In this document: piece by piece, positions 23,128 to 33,653 of the stretch
Position numbering within the stretch: position 1 is the first letter of the stretch
Layout of the letters: every line of letters begins with the position of its first letter
NCBI GenBank assembly: GCA_963745035.1
Contig: CAVUVW010000027.1
Span: forward strand, 299,743-363,742
DNA: 64,000 nucleotides
Direction of reading: 5' to 3'
From: an uncultured delta proteobacterium
Lineage (GTDB): Bacteria > Desulfobacterota > Binatia > UBA9968
Position numbers and translations under genes: made by a program
Notes under the pieces: generated by a model
Seen by the model: the letters and a program-made list of their open reading frames with translations, nothing else
Told to the model about the DNA's origin: nothing
Databases searched by the model: none

Positions 23128-23228
23128 GTTCAAAACGTTCAAGCCGTTCAATCTACTCTGTTCAAATGCCTCCCCCGCGATAGCGGTTGAGGACTGAGCG
23201 AAGCGGTTGAACGATTTGAACGGCTTAA
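23128..23228. repeat. Inverted nonamer repeat (GTTCAAnnn / TTGAACnnn)
   Basis: GTTCAAAAC GTTCAAGCC GTTCAATC ... GAGCGAAGCGG TTGAACGAT TTGAACGGC. Confidence 0.8.
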
Positions 23229-23230
23229 AG

Positions 23231-24458
23231 TCATGTTTTTATTTCTTCCGGCGGCCGGACATGACGGAACATCAAATAAAAAGCCACGTCGTTGATCAAT
23301 TGTAACCCGCCGCCGATGAACAAGGGAAGAGTGAGGGAAACGCTTTGCATCAAATAAGTAGAAATTGTCGGGCTTATGCCGAACGGGACGATGCGCGCGA
23401 GGCTCGTGACGCCGGCGGCGGAGCCGCGCTCATCCGCTTTGACCATTGCCATGGTGAACGAAGCGCGCAGCGGGTTATCCATGTAGGCGAAGAAAGAGCG
23501 CACGATGAGCAGCGCCGCGGCCAAGCCCAGAGTCGGCGCCAAGCGGCAAGACCAAATAGATCACCGATGCCAGGGCATGGGAGAAAGCCATGGTTCTAAC
23601 GACGCCGATCCTGCGCGCGATCACCGGCGCGCTGAGAAACGACAGAGCGGCAAGAAAATAAGAGGCGAAAAAGATGATGCCGAGGGACTTGAGCTCGACC
23701 CCGAAGCGGAGAAAGAACCAGTAGGGCACCAGCGCCCCCGCCATGCCCGCGCCGAAATTATCGACGACCGCCAGCGCGGACATCTTCGTGACGAAAACGC
23801 CGCTGCTCTTGGACATTTTCTTTTCACTCGTGCGCGGCTGGTGCTGCTCGCTTATGGCCCGATACACGAACAGCAACACCACGCTGAAAACGATGGTCAA
23901 AATGAAAAGCGGCTTGTACGACCCGATGTCGGTCCAGCCCCGATGCTCTTGAAGAAACTGCGGCAGCCCGCTGGCAAGCGCGCCTAAGGAACCCGCAATG
24001 GACCCGACGCACGAGTTGATGGCGAAGATTTGGTTGCGATTATCGGGCCGGCACTTCTCCGCGAGCAAAGCTTCCTCCGCCGGGTTGAATGGACCGCCGC
24101 CCGATCCGCCGCCTCCGGATCCGCCGGCGCCGACGTTGGCGATGATCACCGAGGCGAGAATGAAGAAAAGGTCTGTAAAATAAACCAGGATGAGATTGGA
24201 GACGATCGTCAGGACGGCGAGCAGCATCAAAATGTTCCGGCGGCCGAAGCGGTCCGACAGATAACCCCATACCGCGGTAAGCAGCGCGCCGCTCAGATAA
24301 GCGACGGTGAAAATGACGCCGATGGTGATCGTCGAATAGCCGAGCCGGTCGAGATAGATGGCGAAGACGACGTTGAGATACGAGAACGCGAAGGCGCGGA
24401 TGCCGCGCGCCGCCATCAACAGTTTGGCGTCACGGTGGAGGTCGCTAATCAATCCCAT
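23231..24458 (-). CDS. MFS transporter (frameshift near 23540)
   Basis: Motif A GYLSDRFGRR; paralogue of 24461..25717; C-terminus in ORF 23231..23542. Confidence 0.85.
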
Positions 24459-24460
24459 GC

Positions 24461-25717
24461 TTACGCGGTGACCGGTTGCGGTTTGGCTCCTTGCTCTTCG
24501 GGCGGCTTCACGTCGCGGAAGAGAAAATAAAAAATGCAGTCGTGGGTGAGCTGCAAGAAGCCGCCGATAAAGACGGGCACATTGAGAGTAAAAGCTTGCA
24601 TGAGATAGGCGGACAGAGTCGGGCTGATGGCGACCGGCACATGGCGCGATAGCGTCGTGAAGCCGGCTGCGGCGCCGCGGTCCTCGGGGCGGACCACCCC
24701 CATGATGAACGAGCTGCGCAGCGGGTTGTCCATGTACGCGAGATAGGAGCGAATGATCGTCAGCGCGGCGGCGATATTAAACGTCGGCGCAAGCGGGAGG
24801 ATGAGGTAGAGCGCCGATGCCAGCCCATGGGAAAACGCCATGGTGCGCACCACACCGATGCGCCGCGCGATGAGCGGCGCCGTCAGGAAAGACATGGCGG
24901 CGAGAAAGTAAGAGAGAAAAAACATGAACCCCAACGACTTCAATTCCACTCCATAGCGAAGAAAAAACCAGTAGGAGATCAGCGGGCTGATGAGGCCGCC
25001 ACCGAGATTGTCGATCATGCCGAGCAAAGACATCTTGAGTACGAATTTGTTGGCCTTGGTTACGAGCGGCTTTTTCTCGCGCTTCTTCGGCACGTGGTGC
25101 TCCTCGATGCGCGAATACGCGAAGATCAAAATAATACTGAAGAAGATCGTCAAGGCGAACAGCGGCTTGTACGACGGGATGGCCTGCCATCCCCACGCTT
25201 CCTGCAGGTGCTGCGGCAAGCCGCTCAAGAGCGCGCCGAGCGCGCCCATCATCGAGCCGACAAACGCATTGGCGGAAAAAATCGCGTTACGATTCTCCGG
25301 CGAGCATTTCTCGGCGAGCAGCGCCTGTTCGACCGGACTCATCGGGCCGCCGCCTTGACCGCCGGCGCCCGAGCCGCCCGCGCCGACATTGGCGATGATG
25401 ACGGCTGCGATGATGAAGATCAGGTGGCTCGAGAAAATGTAGATCAAGTTGGAGACGATCGTCAGAGCGGCGAGCAGGACAAGAATATTCTTGCGCCCGT
25501 AGCGATCCGAAAGATACCCCCATACCGCGGTCAAAACGGCGGCGCTGGCATAAGCGGTGGTGACGACGACACCGATGGTCACCGTCGAATAGCCGAGCTG
25601 GCTCAGGTAAATCGTAAAAACGACGCCCAGATAGGAGAACGCGAAGGCGCGCACGCCGCGCGAAATCATCAAGATGGCGGCGTCGCGCTGAAGCTCGGCG
25701 AAAGCCCGGCGAATCAT
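24461..25717 (-). CDS. MFS transporter
   Basis: GYLSDRYGRKN; about 12 hydrophobic segments; start overlaps upstream stop (ATGA). Confidence 0.88.
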   Translation of the reverse strand: MIRRAFAELQRDAAILMISRGVRAFAFSYLGVVFTIYLSQLGYSTVTIGVVVTTAYASAAVLTAVWGYLSDRYGRKNILVLLAALTIVSNLIYIFSSHLIFIIAAVIIANVGAGGSGAGGQGGGPMSPVEQALLAEKCSPENRNAIFSANAFVGSMMGALGALLSGLPQHLQEAWGWQAIPSYKPLFALTIFFSIILIFAYSRIEEHHVPKKREKKPLVTKANKFVLKMSLLGMIDNLGGGLISPLISYWFFLRYGVELKSLGFMFFLSYFLAAMSFLTAPLIARRIGVVRTMAFSHGLASALYLILPLAPTFNIAAALTIIRSYLAYMDNPLRSSFIMGVVRPEDRGAAAGFTTLSRHVPVAISPTLSAYLMQAFTLNVPVFIGGFLQLTHDCIFYFLFRDVKPPEEQGAKPQPVTA

Positions 25718-26681
25718 CGCGCTATCGCCGAAGGTTTGAGGCTGCGCTCGAAATCGAGCTCGGTGCGGATGTCGATGGCATGAAGCGCGTCGTTCGCTTC
25801 TTCCAACGAGGCGCTTTGACGCACGGCTTGGGCCGGCCGCGAGAGCGTCTCGTACAATTTCATCGGCGACATAAAGAAGGTGAGCGCCGTGAGCGGTGTC
25901 AATTTGAGAGTTCGGCTTCCGCCGCGAATGTTTTTCGTTCCGGTTGCGCCTCTAAAGCATTGCAAAGGTATGGCGCTTGCTTCGGTCGGGACCGTTTTTA
26001 CGACTTGCTCCAATTCGGCGGCGATTTTCGCGAGTGAGCGACCATGTGCCGAGCAAACCGCCGGCGCCCGCCACCCGGGCCAGATGCGCCTTCGATCTCA
26101 TCGACGGTAAGCTCGCCGTCGCTGCCATAGCCGAATACACCCCAGATTGTGCGCCAGCCGCGCCGCTCCAGTTCGGCCCATGCCGCGAGCATGATCGAAT
26201 CCGCCAGTGGGCTCCGCAGTCCCGGCTCCCGGCCATCTGGCCAGCGAATCACCGCCGACATCGATGCCGACCAACAGGTCAGCGTTCAATTCCTTCAGCG
26301 CGCTTTCCACCCATGGACAACACCCTTCACGCCGCCGTTGATATCGACGAGCAAAACCTCTTGCTCTATGACCGCTGCCATCCGCGATTCGGCGAAAAAC
26401 GCGCCGGTGTCGGTTTGGCTCTCCGCGATTCGCCATCCAAGCGTAGGGATGAAGAACGCGCACATTCCGGACTTCGGCGAGTTTGCGTGGACCGGGCACT
26501 GCGATCGTATTCAGCGCGCTCCCACGAAACTCCGCCCAACGTGAATTGAAGATCTAGGAATTCGAGAAATCTCGCTGTCGCCAGGGCGCCGACAACGTCA
26601 CCTCCGCCGCCTACGCCAACGACCAAGCGCGCGGGAGGAAGCGCGCAGTAAATCTTCAAGTGAAGCTGGCGTGGAAGTCAT
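25714..26681 (-). CDS. DUF1152 family protein (several apparent frameshifts)
   Basis: VVGVGGGGDVVGA, LGGVSWER, VGIDVGGDSLA, GLRSPLADSIMLA, VFGYGSDGELT, TEAS, LEEANDALH..TELDFE across frames; ATG 26681 overlaps the VOC stop. Confidence 0.75.
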
Positions 26682-27232
26682 CGGGACAGGTGAGTATCCT
26701 GGCCCGGCACCGGGTTGGCGATCGCTTCTTCGAGCGAGCGCACGCCGTTCCATTCGCTGGCTGGACGCACGCGCCCGTCGCTGCCGACCTGGTCGACGCC
26801 CCAATAGATTTCCAGCGAATGATTGTCCGGATCGCGAAACTCGACGGCAATCTGGCATCCGGCGCGCCGCCGCCCCTCGAAGTCGATTTTGGCGCCGCAG
26901 GCGCGCAAGCGATCGCGCGCGGCGATCACCTGGGCAAGAGTCGGTACTTCGAAGGCGAGATGGTGCAGCTCTCGATTGGCATGCTTACCGTCGCCCGCGC
27001 CGACCAGCGCCAGGCAATGATGATCCGTGCCGCAGCGCAAGAAAACCATGCCGCCTGGCATCATGTCTTCGGGATATACGTCGGAGACTTTAAAGCCCAG
27101 AATACGCGTGTAAAAATCTGTCGAGCGTTCAAGGTCGCTCACTTGTAAAACGACATGGCCAACTTTGGCGATATGAAAGTCCATGCCTGTCGGAGGCGTC
27201 ATGCTTTTCAGCTTTTCAACATCGACGGACAT
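26678..27232 (-). CDS. VOC/glyoxalase family protein
   Basis: KVGHVVLQVSD, DHHCLALV, LHHLAFEV, EFRDPDNHSLEIY; paralogue of 22094..22603. Confidence 0.88.
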   Translation of the reverse strand: MSVDVEKLKSMTPPTGMDFHIAKVGHVVLQVSDLERSTDFYTRILGFKVSDVYPEDMMPGGMVFLRCGTDHHCLALVGAGDGKHANRELHHLAFEVPTLAQVIAARDRLRACGAKIDFEGRRRAGCQIAVEFRDPDNHSLEIYWGVDQVGSDGRVRPASEWNGVRSLEEAIANPVPGQDTHLSR

Positions 27233-27472
27233 CTCCAATTTCCTTTTTGATGTTTGATTTGATTTGCTATACCACTTCCGTTCGGGATCTGCACATGGAC
27301 GAGCGGATGATTTTCCCTGTCGGTCAAAATAGCGGTGTTGGATGGCTCAATCGGTCAGGCACCACACATAGTTGAGGCAACCCCACAGTATTGACGGGGA
27401 GAATCGGTACAGAGTAGTGTCGCGAGTCAGAAGGCGCGCTTTGTTGCTGTTGCAAGACAGATGGAGGAACGC

Positions 27473-27718
27473 ATGGCAGTCTTAATTGTGGACTACCTGA
27501 AGGCTTTTGGCTGGGGCGTAGTAGGTGCCATGACAATGGCTGTGTCTCTCTGGCTTTTGCTCAAGGTCTTCACTTGGCTAACACCTATCGACGAATGGGA
27601 GGAGCTGCGGAAAGGTAACCTCGGGATTGCGATCATAATGGCTGCGGTCATTATAGGATTCGCCATCGTCGTGGGCTCCATGGTCGCACCGCCCCCGATT
27701 GTGCCTGTTGCACCGTAG
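27473..27718 (+). CDS. DUF350 small membrane protein
   Basis: KVFTWLTPIDEWEELRKGNLGIAIIMAAVIIGFAIVV; RBS GGAGG; TTGACG-N18-TAGTGT upstream (27391-27420). Confidence 0.8.
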   Translation: MAVLIVDYLKAFGWGVVGAMTMAVSLWLLLKVFTWLTPIDEWEELRKGNLGIAIIMAAVIIGFAIVVGSMVAPPPIVPVAP

Positions 27719-27832
27719 CTTCTCAATGCATTCGTCTCAGAAACAACTCGGTAACTTTCGCTCGTGAAGAGCAGAGGATCGAGCCGGATCAGAACTTTTG
27801 ATTCTTAAATGATCGCCCCTTCAGGACGTCAC

Positions 27833-28627
27833 TTAACGCGGGGACGCGGACATCAGATGATTGGCTCGCAGGAATTCGATCACAAACTGGTCGAACGTTG
27901 CGGGATCTTCGATGTTGCACGCGTGGCCGGTCTTGGGAAGAACCTTGTGTACGGCTCCAGGAATCAAGGACGCGGTTTTCTTGCCGCCCGCAAGGGAATT
28001 GTCGTACTCGCCGTTGATCACCAAGGTGGGCGCTTTCATCGTCGCCAGCCGCGGCGTCATATCGAGGCCGCCGCGGGCGCGGAAAATCTGGCCGATCGAT
28101 TCCCCCGAAAGCCAAGGGTCGCGCTCGACGAAAGTATTGAGCAAATATTTTCCTAGTTTCGATTCGGCGAAATCGGGCGCTACTAAATCGCGCAGGTGCT
28201 GGACGTGATACTTCTCGACGCCGGTTCTGGTGTAGCCGTGGATGCGTTCGTCGATGGAACCGCCGGGCCCGCTGCTGCCGCCGACTAGAATGAGCGCCTT
28301 GAACATTTCCGGATGATCGAGCCCGAGCAGGATCGCCATGCCCGAGCCGACGCTAACGCCGCCGAGTATCGCCTCGGTTACTTTTTCGTCTCGGCAAACG
28401 CCGAGAACGTCATCGGCCATGTCCTTCAGGCTGAATGGCGTTTCCGGTTTGTCGGAACGGCCGTAGCCGCGAATATCGATAGCGATGACCTTGAAGTAGG
28501 TGGAAAAGTGCGCGATCTGGTACATCCACAAGTTATGATCGAACGGATTCGCGTGCACCATGACGAAGGGGAAGCCTTCGCCTGACACTTCGTAGTAGAT
28601 TTTAAGGCCGTTGGCGGTGGAATACAT
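27833..28627 (-). CDS. Alpha/beta hydrolase (PcaD-like)
   Basis: DIRGYGRS, GVSVG nucleophile elbow, GEYD, GHACNIE. Confidence 0.88.
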   Translation of the reverse strand: MYSTANGLKIYYEVSGEGFPFVMVHANPFDHNLWMYQIAHFSTYFKVIAIDIRGYGRSDKPETPFSLKDMADDVLGVCRDEKVTEAILGGVSVGSGMAILLGLDHPEMFKALILVGGSSGPGGSIDERIHGYTRTGVEKYHVQHLRDLVAPDFAESKLGKYLLNTFVERDPWLSGESIGQIFRARGGLDMTPRLATMKAPTLVINGEYDNSLAGGKKTASLIPGAVHKVLPKTGHACNIEDPATFDQFVIEFLRANHLMSASPR

Positions 28628-28634
28628 GGGATGC

Positions 28635-28740
28635 GTTCAAAACGTTCAAGCCGTTCAACCGCTTCGCTCAGTTCAAACCGTCCGATCTCGGATTGTTTCC
28701 GGACGGCTTGAACCATTTGAACGTTTTGAACGGCTTGAAC
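28635..28740. repeat. Inverted nonamer repeat element (most complete copy)
   Basis: GTTCAAAAC GTTCAAGCC GTTCAACC GCTTCGCTCA GTTCAAACCGTCCG ... CGGACGGC TTGAACCAT TTGAACGTT TTGAACGGC TTGAAC. Confidence 0.85.
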
Positions 28741-28744
28741 GAGT

Positions 28745-29450
28745 TTAGTTCGATTTGCTCGGCCGCTCTTGTTTGATCTTTTCTTTGACCTCGTCGAGCT
28801 TCATGACGTCGCTGTACTTGTGATGCAGGTCGAAGAGGTTGACCTTGTGCGACAGGATGCTGCGGTCAAAGACGCATTCTTCGACGATCGAGACGTGGTA
28901 GCCGAGCGAGTAGCCGTCGACGCAGCTCGCGCGTACGCAGCCGCTGGTGCTTTCGCCGCAGACGATCAAGCTGTCGACGCCGAGTTGGGTCAGATGGGCG
29001 ACTAGAGGCGTGCCGAAGAAACCGCTGGCGCGTTCTTTGAAGATGACGACGTCACCTTGCTGAGGTTTAAACTCTTCCTTGATCTCGAATGCTTGCGGGT
29101 CGATCTTCACGCGCTGGCGATTGGTGGCGTAGATGGCGTCCGGTTTGGCTTCCTTGCGGGTCTCGGTGGTCGTGTAGAATATCGGAAGTTTTAGCGAGCG
29201 TGCCAAGCGCGAAGAGGTCCTCGGTCGGTTTGATCGCGTTGTGCGCATACACACCGCAGGAGCTTTTGTAGGTATCGACGAGCTCGTGGGGCTCCTTGGC
29301 GCCGCCTTCATACGCCAAGTTGTAGAGGTCGATGGCCAGAAGAGCGGGTCTTTGGCCGATGTAAGTTTCGCGGTGGTAGGGCGTGTAAGTTTTTAGAATT
29401 TCCGGAGAGACGATGTCTTGCCAGCAGTGGTCTTCGAATCCAGCGGTCAT
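28745..29450 (-). CDS. Isochorismatase/cysteine hydrolase family (maleamate amidohydrolase-like; frameshift near 29200)
   Basis: PALLAIDLY, KERASGFFGT, GESTSGCVRASCVD, NLFDLHHKY. Confidence 0.85.
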
Positions 29451-29652
29451 GATGATCTCCTTCGGTTCAAGTTATAGATAAACTCGCGGCTTGCGGTTCC
29501 CTTTCATCTACCTGGTACTGGAAGGAATTGTCAAGGAATCGCGGCGGGACGAAAGTCCAAGAAAGATTTCTCACGTTCGTTGGAAATGATAAATGGCCGA
29601 TTGGTTAGCGCATTCTCGTCGCGCAGCGTGTACATGCGGCGGGATCGCAGGA

Positions 29653-29680
29653 TTGACACTAAGACGAGGCTCGATTAAAT
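29653..29680 (+). promoter_or_regulatory. Putative sigma70 promoter of the peptide ABC operon
   Basis: TTGACA-N16-TTAAAT. Confidence 0.45.
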
Positions 29681-29723
29681 GGTGGCGACGATCGGCACTT
29701 CGGAATCCGAAAAGGGGGACGGT

Positions 29724-31439
29724 ATGTCAAAGAATAACCAGAGATCTAAAAGCGGTTCCCAATTGACCCGACGAGAGTTCATCAAGCTGGCAGGCGCATC
29801 CGCCGCTTCTGCAAGCGTCCTGTCTTGGAAACCGGTCTTTGCCGCCCAACCCGCGCGGAAGAGAATCATCATTCACGGCGAGCGCCAGGTGACCAGCCTC
29901 GGCTATCACAACCGGCGTGAGACGGAGCATGTCTCCATGGTGGACGCGGGTTTGGCAACGCAAAATCCAGTGACTCTGGAACGTGTGCCGGTGCTCGCCG
30001 AGGAGCTGCCGTCGATCAAGAAGGGAACCTGGAAGGTCGACACCCAGAAAAAAACCATGATCACGGTTTACAAGCTCCGGCCGAATCTGAAATGGCACGA
30101 CGGCAAACCGTACACTTCGAAGGACTTCGAGTTCGGCTGGCAGATCGCCAAGCATCCAGAGTTTCCCATGCCCGACCGGCTCGTACCCGAAATGATTTCC
30201 AAGATCGAAACCCCCGACGATCGCACCATCGTTATCCACTGGAACGCTCTGTACAACGAAGCCTACGCGATCCAATACACTCATGTGCGTGCTTTTCCGA
30301 GACACCTCCTCCAGGATGCGTTCAGCGCGGGCGACATGAAGGCGTTCGCGAACTTGCCGTATTGGAACAAAAACTTTATCGGCGCGGGCGCATTCAAGGT
30401 CGTCGAATGGGAGGGCGGCAGCCGGATGGAACTCGAAGCGTTCAACGATTTTGCCTTGGGCCAGCCGAAAATCGACCGGATGACTTACAAAACGGTCGAA
30501 GACACCAACACCAACTTGGCGGCGGTGCTAGCCGGCGAGGTCGATTTTTGCATGCGCAGCACGATTTCCTTTGACGGCGCGGTGATCCTGCGCGAGCAGT
30601 GGGAAAAGCAGGGCAAAGGCAAAGTGCTCACCAGCCCGGCGTCCTGGACCTGGCTCAACTTGAGTCGTGACAATCCGTGGTTCAGCGATGTTCGAATGCG
30701 CCGCGCTTTGCTCCATGCCATCGATCGTGACGCCATGACGCAAAACATATTCAAAGGGGAAAGAATCGTCTCACACATACCGCTCTCGCGGGTGCGCAAG
30801 AGCTACAAGAAGGCGCTAGCGACGGCATCGATCTACAAGTACGACCCGGAGCGGGCAAAAAAACTGTTGGCCGAGGCCGGGTGGAAACCGGGTGCGGACG
30901 GAGTGATGGCCAACGGAAAGGGCGAGCGCCTGGAATTCGAGTTTCGCTGCACCGCCGAGCGGCGCGATCATGAGCAGGCCCAGGCGATCATCGCAGACTA
31001 CTGGAAAAAAATCGGCGTGCGCAGCAATGTCAAGAACATGCCGAATCGTTTGCTTAACTCCGCCGAGAACCGCAGCCGCTGGCCGGGCGCTTTCATCGGC
31101 TCTCATAATGTCACCGTCGAGGAGTGGCAGGAGCGTTTTCACACCAAGAATATTCCCACCGCAGAGAACAAGTATTCCCTAGAAAACGTTTCCGGCTGGA
31201 ACGACCCGAAAAAGGACGCGATCCTGGACGAAATTAGTTCCATCGTAAGCCCGGAGCGGTCCGAGCAGCTGCAGGTAGAATATTGCAAGATGTTCAGCGA
31301 TGCGCTGCCGCACTTGCCGTTGTTTTTCTCGCCGGAAGTCTTGGTCGTCAAAAGGGGCTTGACGGGCATCACGCCGCGCCAGGAAAGCGGCGGGCAGAAC
31401 TCGAGCAGTTGGAACACGCACCAGTGGGATAAGACGTAA
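29724..31439 (+). CDS. Peptide/nickel ABC substrate-binding protein (family 5) with Tat signal
   Basis: TRREFIK twin-arginine motif; YKLRPNLKWHDGKP; FSDVRMRRALLHAIDR; YDPERAKKLLAEAGW. Confidence 0.9.
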   Translation: MSKNNQRSKSGSQLTRREFIKLAGASAASASVLSWKPVFAAQPARKRIIIHGERQVTSLGYHNRRETEHVSMVDAGLATQNPVTLERVPVLAEELPSIKKGTWKVDTQKKTMITVYKLRPNLKWHDGKPYTSKDFEFGWQIAKHPEFPMPDRLVPEMISKIETPDDRTIVIHWNALYNEAYAIQYTHVRAFPRHLLQDAFSAGDMKAFANLPYWNKNFIGAGAFKVVEWEGGSRMELEAFNDFALGQPKIDRMTYKTVEDTNTNLAAVLAGEVDFCMRSTISFDGAVILREQWEKQGKGKVLTSPASWTWLNLSRDNPWFSDVRMRRALLHAIDRDAMTQNIFKGERIVSHIPLSRVRKSYKKALATASIYKYDPERAKKLLAEAGWKPGADGVMANGKGERLEFEFRCTAERRDHEQAQAIIADYWKKIGVRSNVKNMPNRLLNSAENRSRWPGAFIGSHNVTVEEWQERFHTKNIPTAENKYSLENVSGWNDPKKDAILDEISSIVSPERSEQLQVEYCKMFSDALPHLPLFFSPEVLVVKRGLTGITPRQESGGQNSSSWNTHQWDKT

Positions 31440-31449
31440 GAGAACGGCC

Positions 31450-31482
31450 GTTCAAATCGTTCAAGCCGTTCAATATGTTCGC
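31450..31482. repeat. Nonamer repeat half-element
   Basis: GTTCAAATC GTTCAAGCC GTTCAATAT GTTCGC just after the SBP stop. Confidence 0.7.
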
Positions 31483-31533
31483 TGCGGGTGATTACAGAAC
31501 AAGCACGCAACGCTCGCTACGGAACCAACGGTC

Positions 31534-32506
31534 ATGTTGCTCTACGTTGTAAAACGGCTCTTTCAGATCCTTCCTCTGCTCCTGATCATTTCCGCGCTGA
31601 TCTTTGCGCTGCTCTATATGATGCCGGGCGATCCGCTCTATCGGATGCTCGAAGGCATTCCCAACCTGCGCGCGGAAGACTACGAGCGCCTGCGCAGGCT
31701 CTACGGCTTCGACGATCCGATTTATGTTCAGTACGGCAAATGGCTCTGGCAACTGCTCCAGCTCAATCCGGGCTATTCGCGCGAATACGGCCAGCCGGTG
31801 TTCGACATCATCTGGCCCGCGCTCAAAAACACATTGGTGTTGACGGTAACCGCGGTCGTAATCGGCAAGCTGATAGCGATTCTCCTGGGTGTCTTTTCGG
31901 CCGTGCGCCAATACTCCTTCGGTGATTACATTCTGACCGCGGTGACCTTCGTCGCTTATTCCGTGCCAGCATTCTGGCTCGGACTCATGCTGATCATCCT
32001 TTTTTCGGTGAAGCTCGGTTGGCTGCCGACCTCAGGCATCGTCAACGCCGATCTCACGCCCGGCACTTGGGAGTATCTTGTCGACTGGATGAAGCATCTG
32101 ATCTTGCCCGTAGCCGTCTTGGCGATTTCCGAGATCATTCAAGTGCAGCGCTTCATGCGCTCGAGCATGCTCGAAGTGCTGCGCCAGGACTATTTGACCA
32201 CGGCGCGCGCCAAGGGACTTAGCGAGCGCGTGGTCGTCGGGCGCCATGCTTTGAAAAACGCGTTGATTCCAGTGGTCACTATTATCGCCGTCACCATGCC
32301 AAGAGTGGTCGGCGGCTCCACCGTGGTCGAAACCGTTTTCGCCTATCCCGGCATGGGCCGGCTGCTATTTACGTCGATCATGGGCAATGACTTCGTGGTC
32401 GCGATGACCGTCGTCATGATCATCGCGATCACGGTGGTGTTCTTTAACCTGCTCGCGGATATTCTTTATGGCTGGCTCGATCCCAAGAATTCGCTATCAA
32501 AGCTGA
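31534..32506 (+). CDS. Peptide ABC permease DppB/OppB (indel near 32485; true end probably DPRIRYQS*)
   Basis: MPGDP, SVPAFWLG, RSSMLEVLRQDYLTTARAKGL, HALKNALIPVVT, ETVFAYPGMG. Confidence 0.88.
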
Positions 32507-32507
32507 A

Positions 32508-33380
32508 GTGCTCGATCTGCCGACGGCGCAGATCGGCTACTGGCGCGTTGTGTGGCGCCGCTTCAAGCGCCACCGGGTCGCCTACATTGGGTTTTTCTTC
32601 TTTCTCACCCTCCTTTTTCTCGTCATTGCCGGGCCGTATATGGCGCCTTACGAGCTCGATCAGGTATCGCTTTCGGAGCGCATGCAAATGCCCTCGGCAA
32701 AGCATTGGCTGGGCACGGATGAATTGGGGCGCGATACCTGGGTGCGCATCATGCATGGCGGTAGAGTGTCGCTTGCAGTGGGCTTGATAGTGGGAATAAG
32801 CACCGTGATCTTGGGAGGTCTCATCGGCATTGTCGCTGGCTATATGGGCGGGGTGCTGGATAATGCTCTCATGCGCATCGTCGACACCATTTATACGATT
32901 CCGCGCATCGTCCTGCTTTTGGTGCTGTCAAAGTTGGCGGGACCGGGCTTGCTCAATATCATCGTCATTCTCGTTGCGCTGGAGTGGACTAATGCGGCGC
33001 GGCTGGCGCGCAGCGCCGTGCTGTCGTTTCGCGAACAGGAATTCGTGCTCGCCGCGCAATGCCTGGGTGCATCGCGTTGGCGTGTGATGCTGCGCCACTT
33101 GCTGCCCAATTCTCTCGCGCCGCTGATCGTTTCCGCCACGCTCGACGCCGGCGCCGCCATCCGCGCCGAGACGACCTTGAGCTTTCTCGGTCTCGGTATT
33201 CAGCCGCCGACGCCCAGTTGGGGCAATTTGCTGACCAACGCGGCTACCAATATCTTTATCGCCCCGCTGCAAGTGTTTCTTCCCGGCCTGTTTATTTTCT
33301 TCGCACTAATGAGTTTTAACCTGCTCGGCGATGCGCTGCGCGATGCCCTCGATCCGCGCCTAGCCGAGCGCGGCAGGTGA
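32508..33380 (+). CDS. Peptide ABC permease DppC/OppC
   Basis: HWLGTDELGRD, REQEFVLAAQCLGAS, LSFLGLGIQPPTPSWG, FNLLGDALRDALDP. Confidence 0.92.
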   Translation: MLDLPTAQIGYWRVVWRRFKRHRVAYIGFFFFLTLLFLVIAGPYMAPYELDQVSLSERMQMPSAKHWLGTDELGRDTWVRIMHGGRVSLAVGLIVGISTVILGGLIGIVAGYMGGVLDNALMRIVDTIYTIPRIVLLLVLSKLAGPGLLNIIVILVALEWTNAARLARSAVLSFREQEFVLAAQCLGASRWRVMLRHLLPNSLAPLIVSATLDAGAAIRAETTLSFLGLGIQPPTPSWGNLLTNAATNIFIAPLQVFLPGLFIFFALMSFNLLGDALRDALDPRLAERGR

Positions 33381-33653
33381 GAGCGGGCATCTGATTGACG
33401 TCGTTTATTCGCCGGCCCGGACGCCTTCGCGTTTCGTCACTCCTGAAAGTTTCTAGTTCCTATTTCCGCACCATCCATAACAGCAGCTTGTTCCATTTCT
33501 CGATGGTCTGGCGGGCTATGCGCCGACAGATCATGCTCCGGGTATCACCGCTTAAAGCCATACCAGTAGTGCGCTGCGCGGCCGGTGTTACTTGTTTGCA
33601 CCGCTTTGGAATATCCGCTAGTTTCGATTGGTCTTTACTTCGCGGTTACAACG

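Noticed and set aside
33460-33561. 33-aa minus-strand ORF MALSGDTRSMICRRIARQTIEKWNKLLLWMVRK
   Set aside because: No RBS and no recognisable motif; cannot be distinguished from chance
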